Shown: piece by piece, positions 11,408-20,964 of the stretch
How the letters are laid out: each line of letters begins with the position of its first letter
Position numbering within the stretch: position 1 is the first letter of the stretch
From: Candidatus Hydrogenedentota bacterium
GTDB lineage: Bacteria > Hydrogenedentota > Hydrogenedentia > Hydrogenedentales > SLHB01
Length of the DNA: 64,000 bases
Assembly: GCA_045863335.1 (NCBI GenBank)
Contig: BTVY01000010.1
Location: 14,255-78,254, forward strand
Direction: 5' to 3'
Position numbers and translations under genes: made by a program
The notes under the pieces: generated by a model
Told to the model about the DNA's origin: nothing
Seen by the model: the letters and a program-made list of their open reading frames with translations, nothing else
Database searches by the model: none

Positions 11408-11719
11408 ATGTCATCGCTCGTGCAGAACATTCTTGCCCTTGAACAAGAGGCGAGCGCGGTCGTGGCGCGCGCCCACGAGCAGGCCGCAGTCACCGCGAAA
11501 GAGGCCGACGAGACGATACGGTCCCAGCGTAGCGCGTTACTTCAGGAATCGGAAGGACGCGTGGACGAGTATCGCACGTTGGCGGGCAATCGGTTTGAGA
11601 CGGAAAAGGCTGCAGCCCAAGCGCACCATGAATCGGCGATGGCCGCCCTCGATCAAATTCCTTCAGCGCAGATACAGAAGCAGGTGGACCGAATCGTGAA
11701 CGCGTTTAGGGGGATATAG
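11408..11719 (+). CDS. V/A-type ATPase peripheral stalk subunit G/H
   Basis: 103-aa Ala/Glu-rich coiled coil immediately before the subunit I gene. Confidence 0.75.
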   Translation: MSSLVQNILALEQEASAVVARAHEQAAVTAKEADETIRSQRSALLQESEGRVDEYRTLAGNRFETEKAAAQAHHESAMAALDQIPSAQIQKQVDRIVNAFRGI

Positions 11720-11724
11720 GCTCC

Positions 11725-13800
11725 ATGGCCATCGACCCCATGAAGAAAGTGACTATTCTGTGCCCGGTGGGTTCGTCGCGCCGGTTGAACCGGGCGTTGC
11801 ATACGCTGGGCACGGTCGAGCTTGTCGACGCATCTCCGCATCTCGAAGAGGCAGGCGAGGCGCTTTCGCGCAAGGAAGTTTCGACCGAGCAAACCGATCT
11901 GCAACTTCAGAAGCTGCACTTGATCACGGGGCTCATTGATGAGTTTGCGCCCGAGGAGCAAAGCTTTCTGGAGGGGTTGACGCCGCTGCCGCTCGTCATC
12001 GAACCCAAGGAGTTGGACGAGGCTATCCGGTCCTACGATCTTGACGGGACTTATGAAATCGCGCACGACCTCGACGACGCGTACAAGCGCGCCGAACGGC
12101 GCATGAGCGAAATCCAGGCGCAGCTCGAAACACTGGCGCCGTTAGAGGATTTGCCGCTCACCGTATCGGACCTGAAATCGCCAGTGCATGTGCGCATGCA
12201 ACTCGGAACGATCCCGGCGCGAAACCTGGAGGATTTCAAAGGGAATCCGGCTGTTCAGGCCATACTCGCCTGGGAGTCGGTGGCGTCTGGGCAGGCGTCT
12301 CGCCAGAAGCAAAACGGAAGCAAGAACGGCGGCAGCGGAACCGCGGGGCAATCGGATGCCGTTCGCGTAGTGGTGACCTATCTGTTGGAGGATGAAAATT
12401 CTGCGCGGCGGTTGTTGGCCGAGTCCCAGTTTGAGGAGATTCCGTTGCCCGATATTCGCGGCAAGGTGCGCGACCGGATTCGTGAATTGAACGGCGACTT
12501 CAACGAGTGCGAGCGGCAGATCGATCACGTGCGCGAAGAAGCCATCAAGCTGGCGGCATCGCGACGTACGATCAAGGTTTTGACGGCCTATTGGGAGAGC
12601 ACGCGAAAACGGCAGCTGGCCCGGGGCATCACGGCGGAAGGCCGCTGGGTACATGTCACCGAGGGGTACACCCGCGCGCGCGACGTGTGCGAACTGCAAC
12701 GCATGTTGCAGCGCGAACTTCCGGAAACTTCTCTGATCATCCGCGATCCCGAACCCGGCGAAGACGTGCCGGTAAGCATCACCTTGCCCAAGCTCGTGCG
12801 CCCCATCCAGATGCTGGTGAACTTGTTCGGCTTGCCGCCTTATGCGAACTTCGATCCGTCGCCGTTTATCGTGTTCAACTTCACGCTCTTCTTCGGCATC
12901 TGCTTCGGCGATGTCGGCTACGGTACGATGCTGACGCTGCTGGGCTGGTATATCGCGCGCAAGACCCGTCTTTATGAGGGTGTCCATTTCTTCGCAAAAC
13001 TGCTTATGCTGGCGGGCGTCAGCACGATCGTCTTCGGGCTGCTCTTTGGATCGTGGTTCGGCGATCTGTACAACCCCGAGTATCTCGGTGAGAACAACCC
13101 GCTCTTGCGGGTCAAGAATGTATTCCAAATCACGGACCCGCTGGCGGACCCGGTGACGATGCTCGTCGCCGCGTTGGGCGTCGGGATGCTGAACCAGTTC
13201 TACGGAATTGGCCTCAAGATGTATGGCGCGGCGAGGCAAGGCGACTGGGTCACGGCGTTCTGCGACGGATTATTGTGGCTGATTACTTTGCCCGGCATGG
13301 TTATCGCCATCAGCACGATCTTCGTGGAGCTGCCGTCTTTGGTCTTCAATATCGGTGTGGGCATGTTTGTCGTTGGCGCCATTGGCCTGGTTCTCACGCA
13401 AGGTCGTGACGCCGAGGGAATCGTGGCCAAGATTGGCACGGGCGTCGTCAGCCTCTACGGGATCGTGGGCAGTTACGGCTGCACGGCATTCATCGGCGAC
13501 ACGTTGTCCTATTGCCGTTTGCTCGCGCTGGCATTGACCACGTCGATCGTCGGCTTGACGGTCAACATGATCGGGGGGCTGCTTGCGGAGAGCGTGCCGT
13601 ACGTGGGCACGGTGCTTTTCATCGTCGTGTTGGTCGTCGGCCACACGTTCAATTTCGCTATCAGCATGCTGGGCGCATTTGTGCATGCCATGCGTTTGAT
13701 TTTCGTGGAGTTCTTCGGGCGGTTCTACGAAGGGGGCGCGAAACCCTTCGAGCCGCTGGGATTCGATTCGCCTTCGTACGTATTGAAACGGTCGCAGTAA
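11725..13800 (+). CDS. ntpI: V/A-type ATPase subunit I (a)
   Basis: MKKVTI start, FFGICFGDVGYG, GDTLSYCRLLAL (essential Arg), VHAMRLIFVEFFGRFYEGG. Confidence 0.96.
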   Translation: MAIDPMKKVTILCPVGSSRRLNRALHTLGTVELVDASPHLEEAGEALSRKEVSTEQTDLQLQKLHLITGLIDEFAPEEQSFLEGLTPLPLVIEPKELDEAIRSYDLDGTYEIAHDLDDAYKRAERRMSEIQAQLETLAPLEDLPLTVSDLKSPVHVRMQLGTIPARNLEDFKGNPAVQAILAWESVASGQASRQKQNGSKNGGSGTAGQSDAVRVVVTYLLEDENSARRLLAESQFEEIPLPDIRGKVRDRIRELNGDFNECERQIDHVREEAIKLAASRRTIKVLTAYWESTRKRQLARGITAEGRWVHVTEGYTRARDVCELQRMLQRELPETSLIIRDPEPGEDVPVSITLPKLVRPIQMLVNLFGLPPYANFDPSPFIVFNFTLFFGICFGDVGYGTMLTLLGWYIARKTRLYEGVHFFAKLLMLAGVSTIVFGLLFGSWFGDLYNPEYLGENNPLLRVKNVFQITDPLADPVTMLVAALGVGMLNQFYGIGLKMYGAARQGDWVTAFCDGLLWLITLPGMVIAISTIFVELPSLVFNIGVGMFVVGAIGLVLTQGRDAEGIVAKIGTGVVSLYGIVGSYGCTAFIGDTLSYCRLLALALTTSIVGLTVNMIGGLLAESVPYVGTVLFIVVLVVGHTFNFAISMLGAFVHAMRLIFVEFFGRFYEGGAKPFEPLGFDSPSYVLKRSQ

Positions 13801-13890
13801 ACCCGGCCCCAGACAAAGGCCAGTGAAATGAAGTCACGCCACGGCGTGGCGGGGAGTAAATCCCCAAGGAAAGGATGGAGGACGCGGAAC

Positions 13891-14424
13891 ATGGATCTTC
13901 AGTTGTCAGTTGAGCTGGGGCGGGGACTCGCCTTTACTGGTGCCGCGCTGGCGTTCGCATTGGGCGGCTGCGGTTCGGCGAAAGGCATCGGAATCGCTTC
14001 CCAGGAAGCCGCAGGGGTGCTCAGCGAGAAGCCGGGCCTGTTCGGCCGATTGCTGGTGATGGTTGCCCTGCCGGGCACCCAAGGGTTTTATGGATTCATC
14101 ACGACCTTCATGATGGCCCAGCAGACGGGCCTCATAGGCGGAACGGTGAATGTAACGCCGGGCACGGGGTTGGCACTTGCATTGGTCGGTTTTGGCGCGG
14201 GGCTCGCCCTATATGTCAGCGCGATCAATCAGGGGCAGGCATCGGCCGCGGGTATCGCACTCATTGGCCGTCGTGAAGACGCTGCGGGACGCGCACTGCT
14301 GTTCCCGGCCCTGGTGGAAACCTACGCCGTGGTTGCGTTGCTCGCAGCGATTCTGTTCATTCTGTGGCTGACCAACAGCGCGGAAACATCCAACGTGCTC
14401 GAATACATTCGGACCGCGCAATAA
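13891..14424 (+). CDS. ntpK: V/A-type ATPase subunit K (c), 4-TM Na+-type proteolipid
   Basis: GSAKGIG, LPGTQGFYGF, SAINQG, LVETYA; GGAGG RBS before ATG 13891. Confidence 0.95.
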   Translation: MDLQLSVELGRGLAFTGAALAFALGGCGSAKGIGIASQEAAGVLSEKPGLFGRLLVMVALPGTQGFYGFITTFMMAQQTGLIGGTVNVTPGTGLALALVGFGAGLALYVSAINQGQASAAGIALIGRREDAAGRALLFPALVETYAVVALLAAILFILWLTNSAETSNVLEYIRTAQ

Positions 14425-14466
14425 CCCGTCGGCCCGCGAACCACACGAGAATCAGGGAGCACCATC

Positions 14467-15054
14467 GTGGGACTTGAAAAGATCCAGGAGGCCGTGAAGA
14501 CCTCGGCGCAGAAAGAGGCCGATCTGATCGTGCGCGCGGCCCAGCGTTCTGCGGAGGAGCGGATTGAGGCCGAACGCGAAGCGGCCGAACGCGAAGCGGA
14601 GCGGCAGTATCAGGCAGCGACCCGGGCCATCGAGGAAGAGTTCAGCCGGAAGCTGCTGCAGGTGAAAGGCGCCCAGGGCAAGCAGTTGCTCGAAAAGCGC
14701 AACGGCCTGTTGAAACGCGTATTCGACCAGGCGCGGCAGCAGATCGTCAGCATGGACCCGCAGGAGTACGCCAAGATCATGGGCGGCCTGCTGGAACGCG
14801 CCGTCGGCGACCGGGGCGGGAAACTTCGGATTCACCCCAAGGACAAAGCGGCCTTTGAGAAGGTGCTGAGCGAGTTCAACGGAAAACGCGGCGGCAAACC
14901 GGTAACCCTCGACGAGTCGAAGCCCTTGCCCGAGCAGGGCGGGTTCATCTTCGTGAGCGACACGTTCGAGGTGGACCAGACCGTGGGAACCTTGTTGACT
15001 GACATGGAACACGAATTGGCGCCGCAGATCGCGGCCGATTTGTTCAGCGAGTAG
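14467..15054 (+). CDS. ntpE: V/A-type ATPase subunit E
   Basis: MGLEKI start, long coiled coil, GGFIF and IAADLF C-terminus; operon position. Confidence 0.88.
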   Translation: MGLEKIQEAVKTSAQKEADLIVRAAQRSAEERIEAEREAAEREAERQYQAATRAIEEEFSRKLLQVKGAQGKQLLEKRNGLLKRVFDQARQQIVSMDPQEYAKIMGGLLERAVGDRGGKLRIHPKDKAAFEKVLSEFNGKRGGKPVTLDESKPLPEQGGFIFVSDTFEVDQTVGTLLTDMEHELAPQIAADLFSE

Positions 15055-15069
15055 GATGCGGAAGCGCCG

Positions 15070-16059
15070 GTGATAGCCTTAACACCATTCAACCCCGACT
15101 GGGGATTCGTCTGCGGGCGGGTGAGCACGCTGGAAGCGCGCCTGCTCACGTCGGAGTTTTTCAACACCATGGTGTCCCATCCGAAGCTGGAAGACGTCAT
15201 GCGCCAGTTGCAGGACACGCCCTTGCGCGATTTCGCCGTGTCCGGCGCGGACTTCCAGGACTGGAGCGGGATTATTGACCAGTATTTCCACGACCTCGTG
15301 AAGTCGATTCGCAAGGATTGCCCAAACCCGGCGATTGCCAACTTGTTCATTCTCCGCGACGACTACCAGAACCTGAAGATCGCCGTGACGGGGCAGAACA
15401 CCTATCCCTTCCCGAGCGCGACCCTGGAGCCGGAGAAGTTAGCGGGCGTGTCCGGCGGCGATGCGTCGCATTTGCCGTCACCCTTCCGGGAAGCGGCATC
15501 GGCGGCGCTGGCCTCGGTCGAGGAGACGCGCAATCAGCAGATGGTGGACGTGGTACTCGACGCAGCGTATCTGCGTCACATCCTTTCCCTGCGCGAGACC
15601 ACGAAATCGGAGTTGGTGCGCACGTACATTGAGGACTTTGTGTTGTCCCACGCCCTGGTCGCGATTTGGCGGCGTTACGAAACAGGCGTCTCGGCCAAAG
15701 CGATTCAGCGGTACCTGATCCCCATGGGCAACCTGACGTCTACGCTGTCCGCTGTGTTGAATGCGGGCGAGCCATCGAACTGGCCGGATGTCGTGCGCGG
15801 TTCCATCGGCGAGCTGTTGCGTCAAGCCATCGAGTTGGACGAAGGCGATGCCGCGCGCCGGTTCGAGGACTTGTCCACAAACCATCTCGTGGCCATTACA
15901 CAGCGCGGCCAAGGACAGGTCTCGGGGCCGGAGCGGGTGCTGGCGTATCTGCGGACCCTCGCGAGCGAAGCACACAACCTGAAACTGATCGTCTGTGGAC
16001 GGTTGAGCCGGATCGAGCCGGACAACCTCAAGCGGCGGATGCGGGTGGCCCATGGTTAG
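15070..16059 (+). CDS. ntpC: V/A-type ATPase subunit C (d)
   Basis: GRVSTLEARLL, DYQNLK, GPERVLAYL...EAHNLKLI; position between E and F. Confidence 0.88.
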   Translation: MIALTPFNPDWGFVCGRVSTLEARLLTSEFFNTMVSHPKLEDVMRQLQDTPLRDFAVSGADFQDWSGIIDQYFHDLVKSIRKDCPNPAIANLFILRDDYQNLKIAVTGQNTYPFPSATLEPEKLAGVSGGDASHLPSPFREAASAALASVEETRNQQMVDVVLDAAYLRHILSLRETTKSELVRTYIEDFVLSHALVAIWRRYETGVSAKAIQRYLIPMGNLTSTLSAVLNAGEPSNWPDVVRGSIGELLRQAIELDEGDAARRFEDLSTNHLVAITQRGQGQVSGPERVLAYLRTLASEAHNLKLIVCGRLSRIEPDNLKRRMRVAHG

Positions 16060-16375
16060 AGCGGTAGCAGTTGGCGAACGGCACCTGATCCTGGGATTTA
16101 AGGGCGTTGGCTTCGAGATCGTGGGATGCTCCGACGCGACGAGCCTGCACGCGGAACTTGGCAAGCTGTCGCGCGATGCGGACGTCGCCCTCGTGCTCGT
16201 GACCGAGAGCATGGCCAAAGAAGCGCCGGAGGCCATCGAACTGTTTCGCGAACGCAGCCAGGGGATCCTGACCATCATCCCCACGCACGAGGGAAGCCAG
16301 CATTACAGTTTCGAGATCATGAAGAAAGCCGTGGAACGCTCCATCGGCGTCGATATATTGGGCAAAGAACAATAG
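16052..16375 (+). CDS. ntpF: V/A-type ATPase subunit F
   Basis: AVAVGE..LILGFKGVG, IIPT, VERSIGVDIL. Confidence 0.9.
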   Translation: MVRAVAVGERHLILGFKGVGFEIVGCSDATSLHAELGKLSRDADVALVLVTESMAKEAPEAIELFRERSQGILTIIPTHEGSQHYSFEIMKKAVERSIGVDILGKEQ

Positions 16376-16432
16376 TACCTGCGGTGCAGCGGCCCCAATG
16401 GAGGGGGCGCGCAAACGGTAAAGGTAGAAGCG

Positions 16433-18193
16433 GTGAGCAACGAGCACGGAGTAGTGGTGAAAGTGTCGGGTCCCCTGGTGGTGGCCCGCGGATTGGGCGG
16501 CGCACGCATGTTCGAGATGGTGCGCGTCGGCGAAGAACGCCTCTTCGGCGAGATCATCGAGATCCGGGGCGAAGACTTCTCCGTCCAGGTCTACGAAGAG
16601 ACCGAAGGCATCGGACCCGGCCAGCCCGTGTTTCGCACCGGCGAAGCCTTGAGCGTGGAATTGGGACCCGGCCTCATCAAGTCCATTTACGACGGCGTAC
16701 AGCGGCCGCTCGACAAGCTACAACAGGACTTCGGCGATTTCATCGTGCGCGGCGCCGAACGGCCGGCGCTTGACCGCGACGCTCAATGGGAGTTCGTTCC
16801 CGTTGCGAAGGAAGGCGATGAAGTTTTCGCTGGCGACGTGCTCGGCACGGTGAAGGAAAGCAAACTCGTCGTCCATAAGATCATGGTCCCGCCGGGAACG
16901 AAAGGGAAGGTCAAGAAGATTGGCCAGGTGACCGGCAACGTGGAGACCGAAGTGGCCGTGCTCGAAACGGCAAATGGACCTGTCCCGGTTAACATGATTC
17001 AGCGGTGGCCCGTCCGGCACGGCCGTAACGTGGCGCGCAAACTGCCGCCGACGGTGCCACTCGTTACGGGCCAGCGCGTCATCGATATGTTCTTCCCGCT
17101 CGCCAAGGGGGGCACGGCCTGCGTGCCGGGTCCATTTGGAAGCGGCAAGACGGTCGTGCAACACCAGCTCGCGAAGTGGTCCGACGCCAACGTCATCGTC
17201 TATGTGGGTTGCGGCGAACGCGGAAACGAAATGACGGACGTGCTCATGGAGTTTCCCGAACTGAAAGACCCGACGTCCGGCGAGCCCTTGATGGAACGCA
17301 CGGTGCTTATTGCGAACACATCGAACATGCCGGTGGCCGCGCGGGAGGCGTCGGTATTTACCGGCATCACCATCGCCGAGTATTTCCGCGACATGGGGTA
17401 CTCGGTCGCGCTGATGGCCGACTCGACGAGCCGTTGGGCCGAGGCCATGCGCGAAATGTCCGGCCGTCTCGAAGAAATGCCCGGCGAAGAAGGCTATCCC
17501 GCGTATTTGGGTTCGCGGATTGCCAGCTTCTACGAGCGTTCCGGAAACGTCGTGTGCCTTGGATCGGAGCAACGGGAAGGTTCGCTTTCGCTCATCGGCG
17601 CCGTGTCGCCTCCCGGTGGCGACCTGTCGGAACCGGTCGTACAGGCGACGCTGCGCGTGGTCAAGGTGTTTTGGGGGCTGGACGACAAGCTGGCGTTCGC
17701 GCGCCACTTCCCGGCCATCAACTGGCTGACGTCCTATTCGCTGTATCAGGACGTAATCGACCGCTACGCCAACGAGACCTACGACAAGGATTGGGAATCC
17801 GCGCGCAAACGGGCTATGGCTATCTTGCAGCGCGAGTCGGAGCTGGACGAACTCGTGCGCCTGGTCGGTATCGACGCGCTGGCCCACGACGACCGGTTGC
17901 TGATGCAGGCCGCGAAGATGGTCCGCGAAGACTTCCTGCACCAGAACGCCTTCGACGAGCGCGACAGTTACACATCCATGCCGAAGCAGTTGCGGCTGCT
18001 GAAGGTCATCCTTCATTACTTCGACGAAGCGCGCGCGGGAATGAAAGAAGGCGCGGAACTCAGCGCGCTGCTTAATCTGAAGGCGATGGACGACGTGGCC
18101 CGCGCCAAATTGATCCCCGAAGACAAGCCCGAAGAGTACGAGGCCCTGATGCAGCGCATTACGGAAGAAATCCAAGCCCTGCCGAGAGACTAA
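16433..18193 (+). CDS. ntpA: V/A-type ATPase catalytic subunit A
   Basis: Walker [51 protein letters not shown]. Confidence 0.98.
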   Translation: MSNEHGVVVKVSGPLVVARGLGGARMFEMVRVGEERLFGEIIEIRGEDFSVQVYEETEGIGPGQPVFRTGEALSVELGPGLIKSIYDGVQRPLDKLQQDFGDFIVRGAERPALDRDAQWEFVPVAKEGDEVFAGDVLGTVKESKLVVHKIMVPPGTKGKVKKIGQVTGNVETEVAVLETANGPVPVNMIQRWPVRHGRNVARKLPPTVPLVTGQRVIDMFFPLAKGGTACVPGPFGSGKTVVQHQLAKWSDANVIVYVGCGERGNEMTDVLMEFPELKDPTSGEPLMERTVLIANTSNMPVAAREASVFTGITIAEYFRDMGYSVALMADSTSRWAEAMREMSGRLEEMPGEEGYPAYLGSRIASFYERSGNVVCLGSEQREGSLSLIGAVSPPGGDLSEPVVQATLRVVKVFWGLDDKLAFARHFPAINWLTSYSLYQDVIDRYANETYDKDWESARKRAMAILQRESELDELVRLVGIDALAHDDRLLMQAAKMVREDFLHQNAFDERDSYTSMPKQLRLLKVILHYFDEARAGMKEGAELSALLNLKAMDDVARAKLIPEDKPEEYEALMQRITEEIQALPRD

Positions 18194-18218
18194 CGGCCGG
18201 AATCATGGGAGCGAGAGC

Positions 18219-19619
18219 GTGATTACTCGAGAGTACAGAACGGTCAAACAGGTGGTCGGCCCCCTTATCCTCGTGGAAGGGGTGGAAGGGATCACCTATG
18301 GCGAACTGACCGACATCAAGCAGGACGACGGTACGCTCCGGCGCGGCCGCGTGCTCGAGGTGAACGGCGACAAGGCCATGGTGCAGGTATTTGAAGGCAC
18401 CAGCGGCTTGTCCCCCCAGGACCTGAAAGTGAAGTTCCTGGGCAAAGGTCAGGAACTTGGCGTGTCGGAAGATATGCTAGGCCGCGTGTTTGACGGATTC
18501 GGCCGCCCCATCGATGACGGCCCGGAACTGATTCCCGAGAAGTGGCTCAACATCAATGGCAGCCCCATGAACCCCTTCGCGCGGGACTATCCGAACGAGT
18601 TCATCCAGACCGGCATCTCGACCATCGACTTGCTAAATACGCTCGTGCGCGGCCAGAAGCTCCCGATTTTCTCAGCGTCCGGCTTGCCCCACTCCCGGCT
18701 TGCGGCGCAGATCGCGCGACAGGCAACCACGCTGAAGTCGGGCGAGAAGTTCGCGGTGATCTTCGCGGCCATGGGCATTACCTTCGAAGAGTCCGAGTTC
18801 TTCGTGGCGGACTTCAAGCGGACCGGCGCCATCGAGCGCGCGGTGCTCTTCATGAACTTGGCCGACGACCCGCCCATCGAACGCATCGCGGTGCCCCGCA
18901 TGGCGCTCACCGCGGCGGAGTTCCTGGCCTACGAAAAGGGCATGCACGTGCTGGTCATTCTGACGGATCTGACCAACTACTGCGAGGCTCTTCGCGAGAT
19001 TTCGGCGGCACGCAAGGAAGTGCCCGGACGCCGCGGGTATCCCGGCTATCTGTATACCGACTTGTCGACCCTGTACGAACGGGCAGGCCGCATCAAGGGG
19101 AAAGACGGGTCCATCACGCAGATCCCCGTGTTGACCATGCCGGAAGATGACAAAACGCACCCCATCCCCGACTTGACCGGGTACATCACCGAGGGGCAGG
19201 TCATCATCAGCCGGCCAATCCACACGCAGGGCATTTATCCGCCTGTCGACGTGCTGCCGTCCTTGTCGCGGTTGAAGGACAAGGGTATCGGCAAAGGCAA
19301 AACCCGTGAAGATCACGCCGACGTGATGAACCAGTTGTATTCCGCCTACGCCCGCGGCAAGAACGCAAAGGAGCTGGCGGTCGTGCTCGGCGAATCGGCC
19401 TTGAGCGAGACGGACCTCCTGTTCGTGAAGTTCGCCGACGCCTTCGAAGAGCGGTTCGTGACGCAGGGCGAAGACGAGAACCGGACCATCGAGGAAAGCC
19501 TGGCCATCGGCTGGGACCTTCTGGCCATGTTGCCGCGCGGTGAACTCAAACGCGTACGCGACGCGTGGGTCGAGAAATACCACCCCGGCGGCGCGACCGC
19601 CGCGGCGGCGAGCGAATAG
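18219..19619 (+). CDS. ntpB: V/A-type ATPase subunit B
   Basis: [45 protein letters not shown]. Confidence 0.98.
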   Translation: MITREYRTVKQVVGPLILVEGVEGITYGELTDIKQDDGTLRRGRVLEVNGDKAMVQVFEGTSGLSPQDLKVKFLGKGQELGVSEDMLGRVFDGFGRPIDDGPELIPEKWLNINGSPMNPFARDYPNEFIQTGISTIDLLNTLVRGQKLPIFSASGLPHSRLAAQIARQATTLKSGEKFAVIFAAMGITFEESEFFVADFKRTGAIERAVLFMNLADDPPIERIAVPRMALTAAEFLAYEKGMHVLVILTDLTNYCEALREISAARKEVPGRRGYPGYLYTDLSTLYERAGRIKGKDGSITQIPVLTMPEDDKTHPIPDLTGYITEGQVIISRPIHTQGIYPPVDVLPSLSRLKDKGIGKGKTREDHADVMNQLYSAYARGKNAKELAVVLGESALSETDLLFVKFADAFEERFVTQGEDENRTIEESLAIGWDLLAMLPRGELKRVRDAWVEKYHPGGATAAAASE

Positions 19620-19671
19620 GCACAAGCAACGTGATGGAGGAGACCCACGCAGCAATGGTAGAAGGCGAGGA

Positions 19672-19833
19672 AACATCCCCCTTTGTCCCCCTTCAAAGGG
19701 GGAATTGTGCTTACGCGAGTTTTTCGGCAGAAGTATCGTACTTGACCCGGAACGAAGTCCCCGGCGAAGCCAGGAGTGCAATGCGAAGCGTTGCGACTGG
19801 TTCCCCCTTTGAAGGGGGATCAAGGGGGATGTT
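19672..19833. repeat. Inverted repeat pair of the CCCCCTTYRAAGGGGG palindrome family inside the ATPase operon
   Basis: AACATCCCCCTTTGTCCCCCTTCAAAGGGGGAA (19672-19704) vs TTCCCCCTTTGAAGGGGGATCAAGGGGGATGTT (19801-19833). Confidence 0.85.
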
Positions 19834-19878
19834 CTTCGGGCAAACTGCGTCTCCGAAGACGTATACAGGACGAAGTCG

Positions 19879-20523
19879 ATGGCACGATTAGCGGTAAACC
19901 CGACGCGGATGGAGCTGTTGCGGCTGCGCAAGCGGCTGCAGGTGGCCGTGCGCGGTCACAAACTGCTGAAAGACAAACTCGACGGTCTCATGAAAGAGTT
20001 CATGGCGCTGGCCGCCGAGTACAAGCAGTACCGCCTCGCGGTGGATGAAGAACTGCCGCGCGTCATGAAGTTCTTCGTGTTGGCCGAGGTGACCTCGTCC
20101 CGTCTGATCACCGAAGACGCCCTGGAAAACACGCGCCAGGAACTGAAGATCGAGCGGAAAATTCGGCGCATCATGAGCGTGAATGTGCCGCACCTGGACG
20201 TCGAATTCGGCGAAACCACCGGCGGCTACTCCATGGTGCATACTTCGGTGGAACTCGACGAAGCGATCACGGGCCTGCGCGCCTTCCTGCCGAAGCTGCT
20301 GAAGATGGCGGAACTGGAAGAGACGGTCCGGCTGCTCAGCGACGAGATCGAAAAGACGCGCCGCCGCGTGAACGCGCTTGAACACTCCTTCATCCCGCGC
20401 ATGCAGGAAACCATCAAGTACATCAAGGACAAGCTCGACGAAACCGAACGGTCCAACACGAGCCGTCTCATGAAGATCAAGAGCCAGCGCGAAGCGATCG
20501 AACAAATGCAGGCGTCGGGCTGA
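19879..20523 (+). CDS. ntpD: V/A-type ATPase subunit D
   Basis: VNPTRMEL, RGHKLLKDK, EIEKTRRRVNALE, RLMKIK. Confidence 0.97.
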   Translation: MARLAVNPTRMELLRLRKRLQVAVRGHKLLKDKLDGLMKEFMALAAEYKQYRLAVDEELPRVMKFFVLAEVTSSRLITEDALENTRQELKIERKIRRIMSVNVPHLDVEFGETTGGYSMVHTSVELDEAITGLRAFLPKLLKMAELEETVRLLSDEIEKTRRRVNALEHSFIPRMQETIKYIKDKLDETERSNTSRLMKIKSQREAIEQMQASG

Positions 20524-20549
20524 ACGGCTCCCGTCCCAGGCAACCTATC

Positions 20550-20578
20550 TTGACATTCCCCCGCCTCCCCGGCAGAAT
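20550..20578 (+). promoter_or_regulatory. sigma70-like promoter of the small ORF at 20675
   Basis: TTGACA (20550-20555), 17 bp, CAGAAT (20573-20578). Confidence 0.55.
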
Positions 20579-20674
20579 CCGGCCCGCCAAGCGGCTTGGC
20601 GTGATGGGCTGTGCGCGCCTCCGCCGCGGTGTTCTTGTGAAGGTGGTGACAAATCAAAACGGGAGGGGTGGCTA

Positions 20675-20812
20675 ATGAAACAACGGAACGTACGATTCAG
20701 CAGCAAACGAATTCCCGCACTGGCGGGGTTCGGCGGTGCGAACATCAACTTCGCGCTTATTCTCCGATATTTGGAAAGGTTTCTACTGCTTATTCTCGGC
20801 CGCCGAGGCTAA
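20675..20812 (+). CDS. Unannotated 45-aa small protein (basic N-terminus, hydrophobic C-terminus)
   Basis: Manually translated MKQRNVRFSSKRIPALAGFGGANINFALILRYLERFLLLILGRRG*; GGGAGG RBS 8 nt upstream; own promoter and terminator. Confidence 0.7.
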   Translation: MKQRNVRFSSKRIPALAGFGGANINFALILRYLERFLLLILGRRG

Positions 20813-20838
20813 GAGTTCGCTTCTTACAATGTTGCCAT

Positions 20839-20879
20839 CCCACCGCTGTGTTTCAGAGCCGGCGGTGGGCTTTCCTTTT
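20839..20879 (+). terminator. Intrinsic terminator after the small ORF
   Basis: CCCACCGC...GCGGTGGG stem followed by CTTTCCTTTT. Confidence 0.65.
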
Positions 20880-20964
20880 CGCTATCGCTGCTCGTGTGCA
20901 TGATGCAGGGTACATGCGGTATGATCGCGCTCTTTCTGACATAAACGGTGAATCGGGTAAGACC

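Noticed and set aside
19565-19891. ORF across the ntpB-ntpD gap with a GGAGG upstream of an internal ATG
   Set aside because: Largely translated palindromic repeat (PLQRG, PFEGG); no family resemblance
16718-19931. Long minus-strand ORFs (485 aa and 419 aa)
   Set aside because: Antisense shadows of ntpA/ntpB
20524-20964. T-box or SAM riboswitch upstream of metG, and the 99-aa N-terminal MetG extension
   Set aside because: No T-box or S-box consensus found; the region is better explained by the small-ORF transcription unit, and MetG homology starts at 20965
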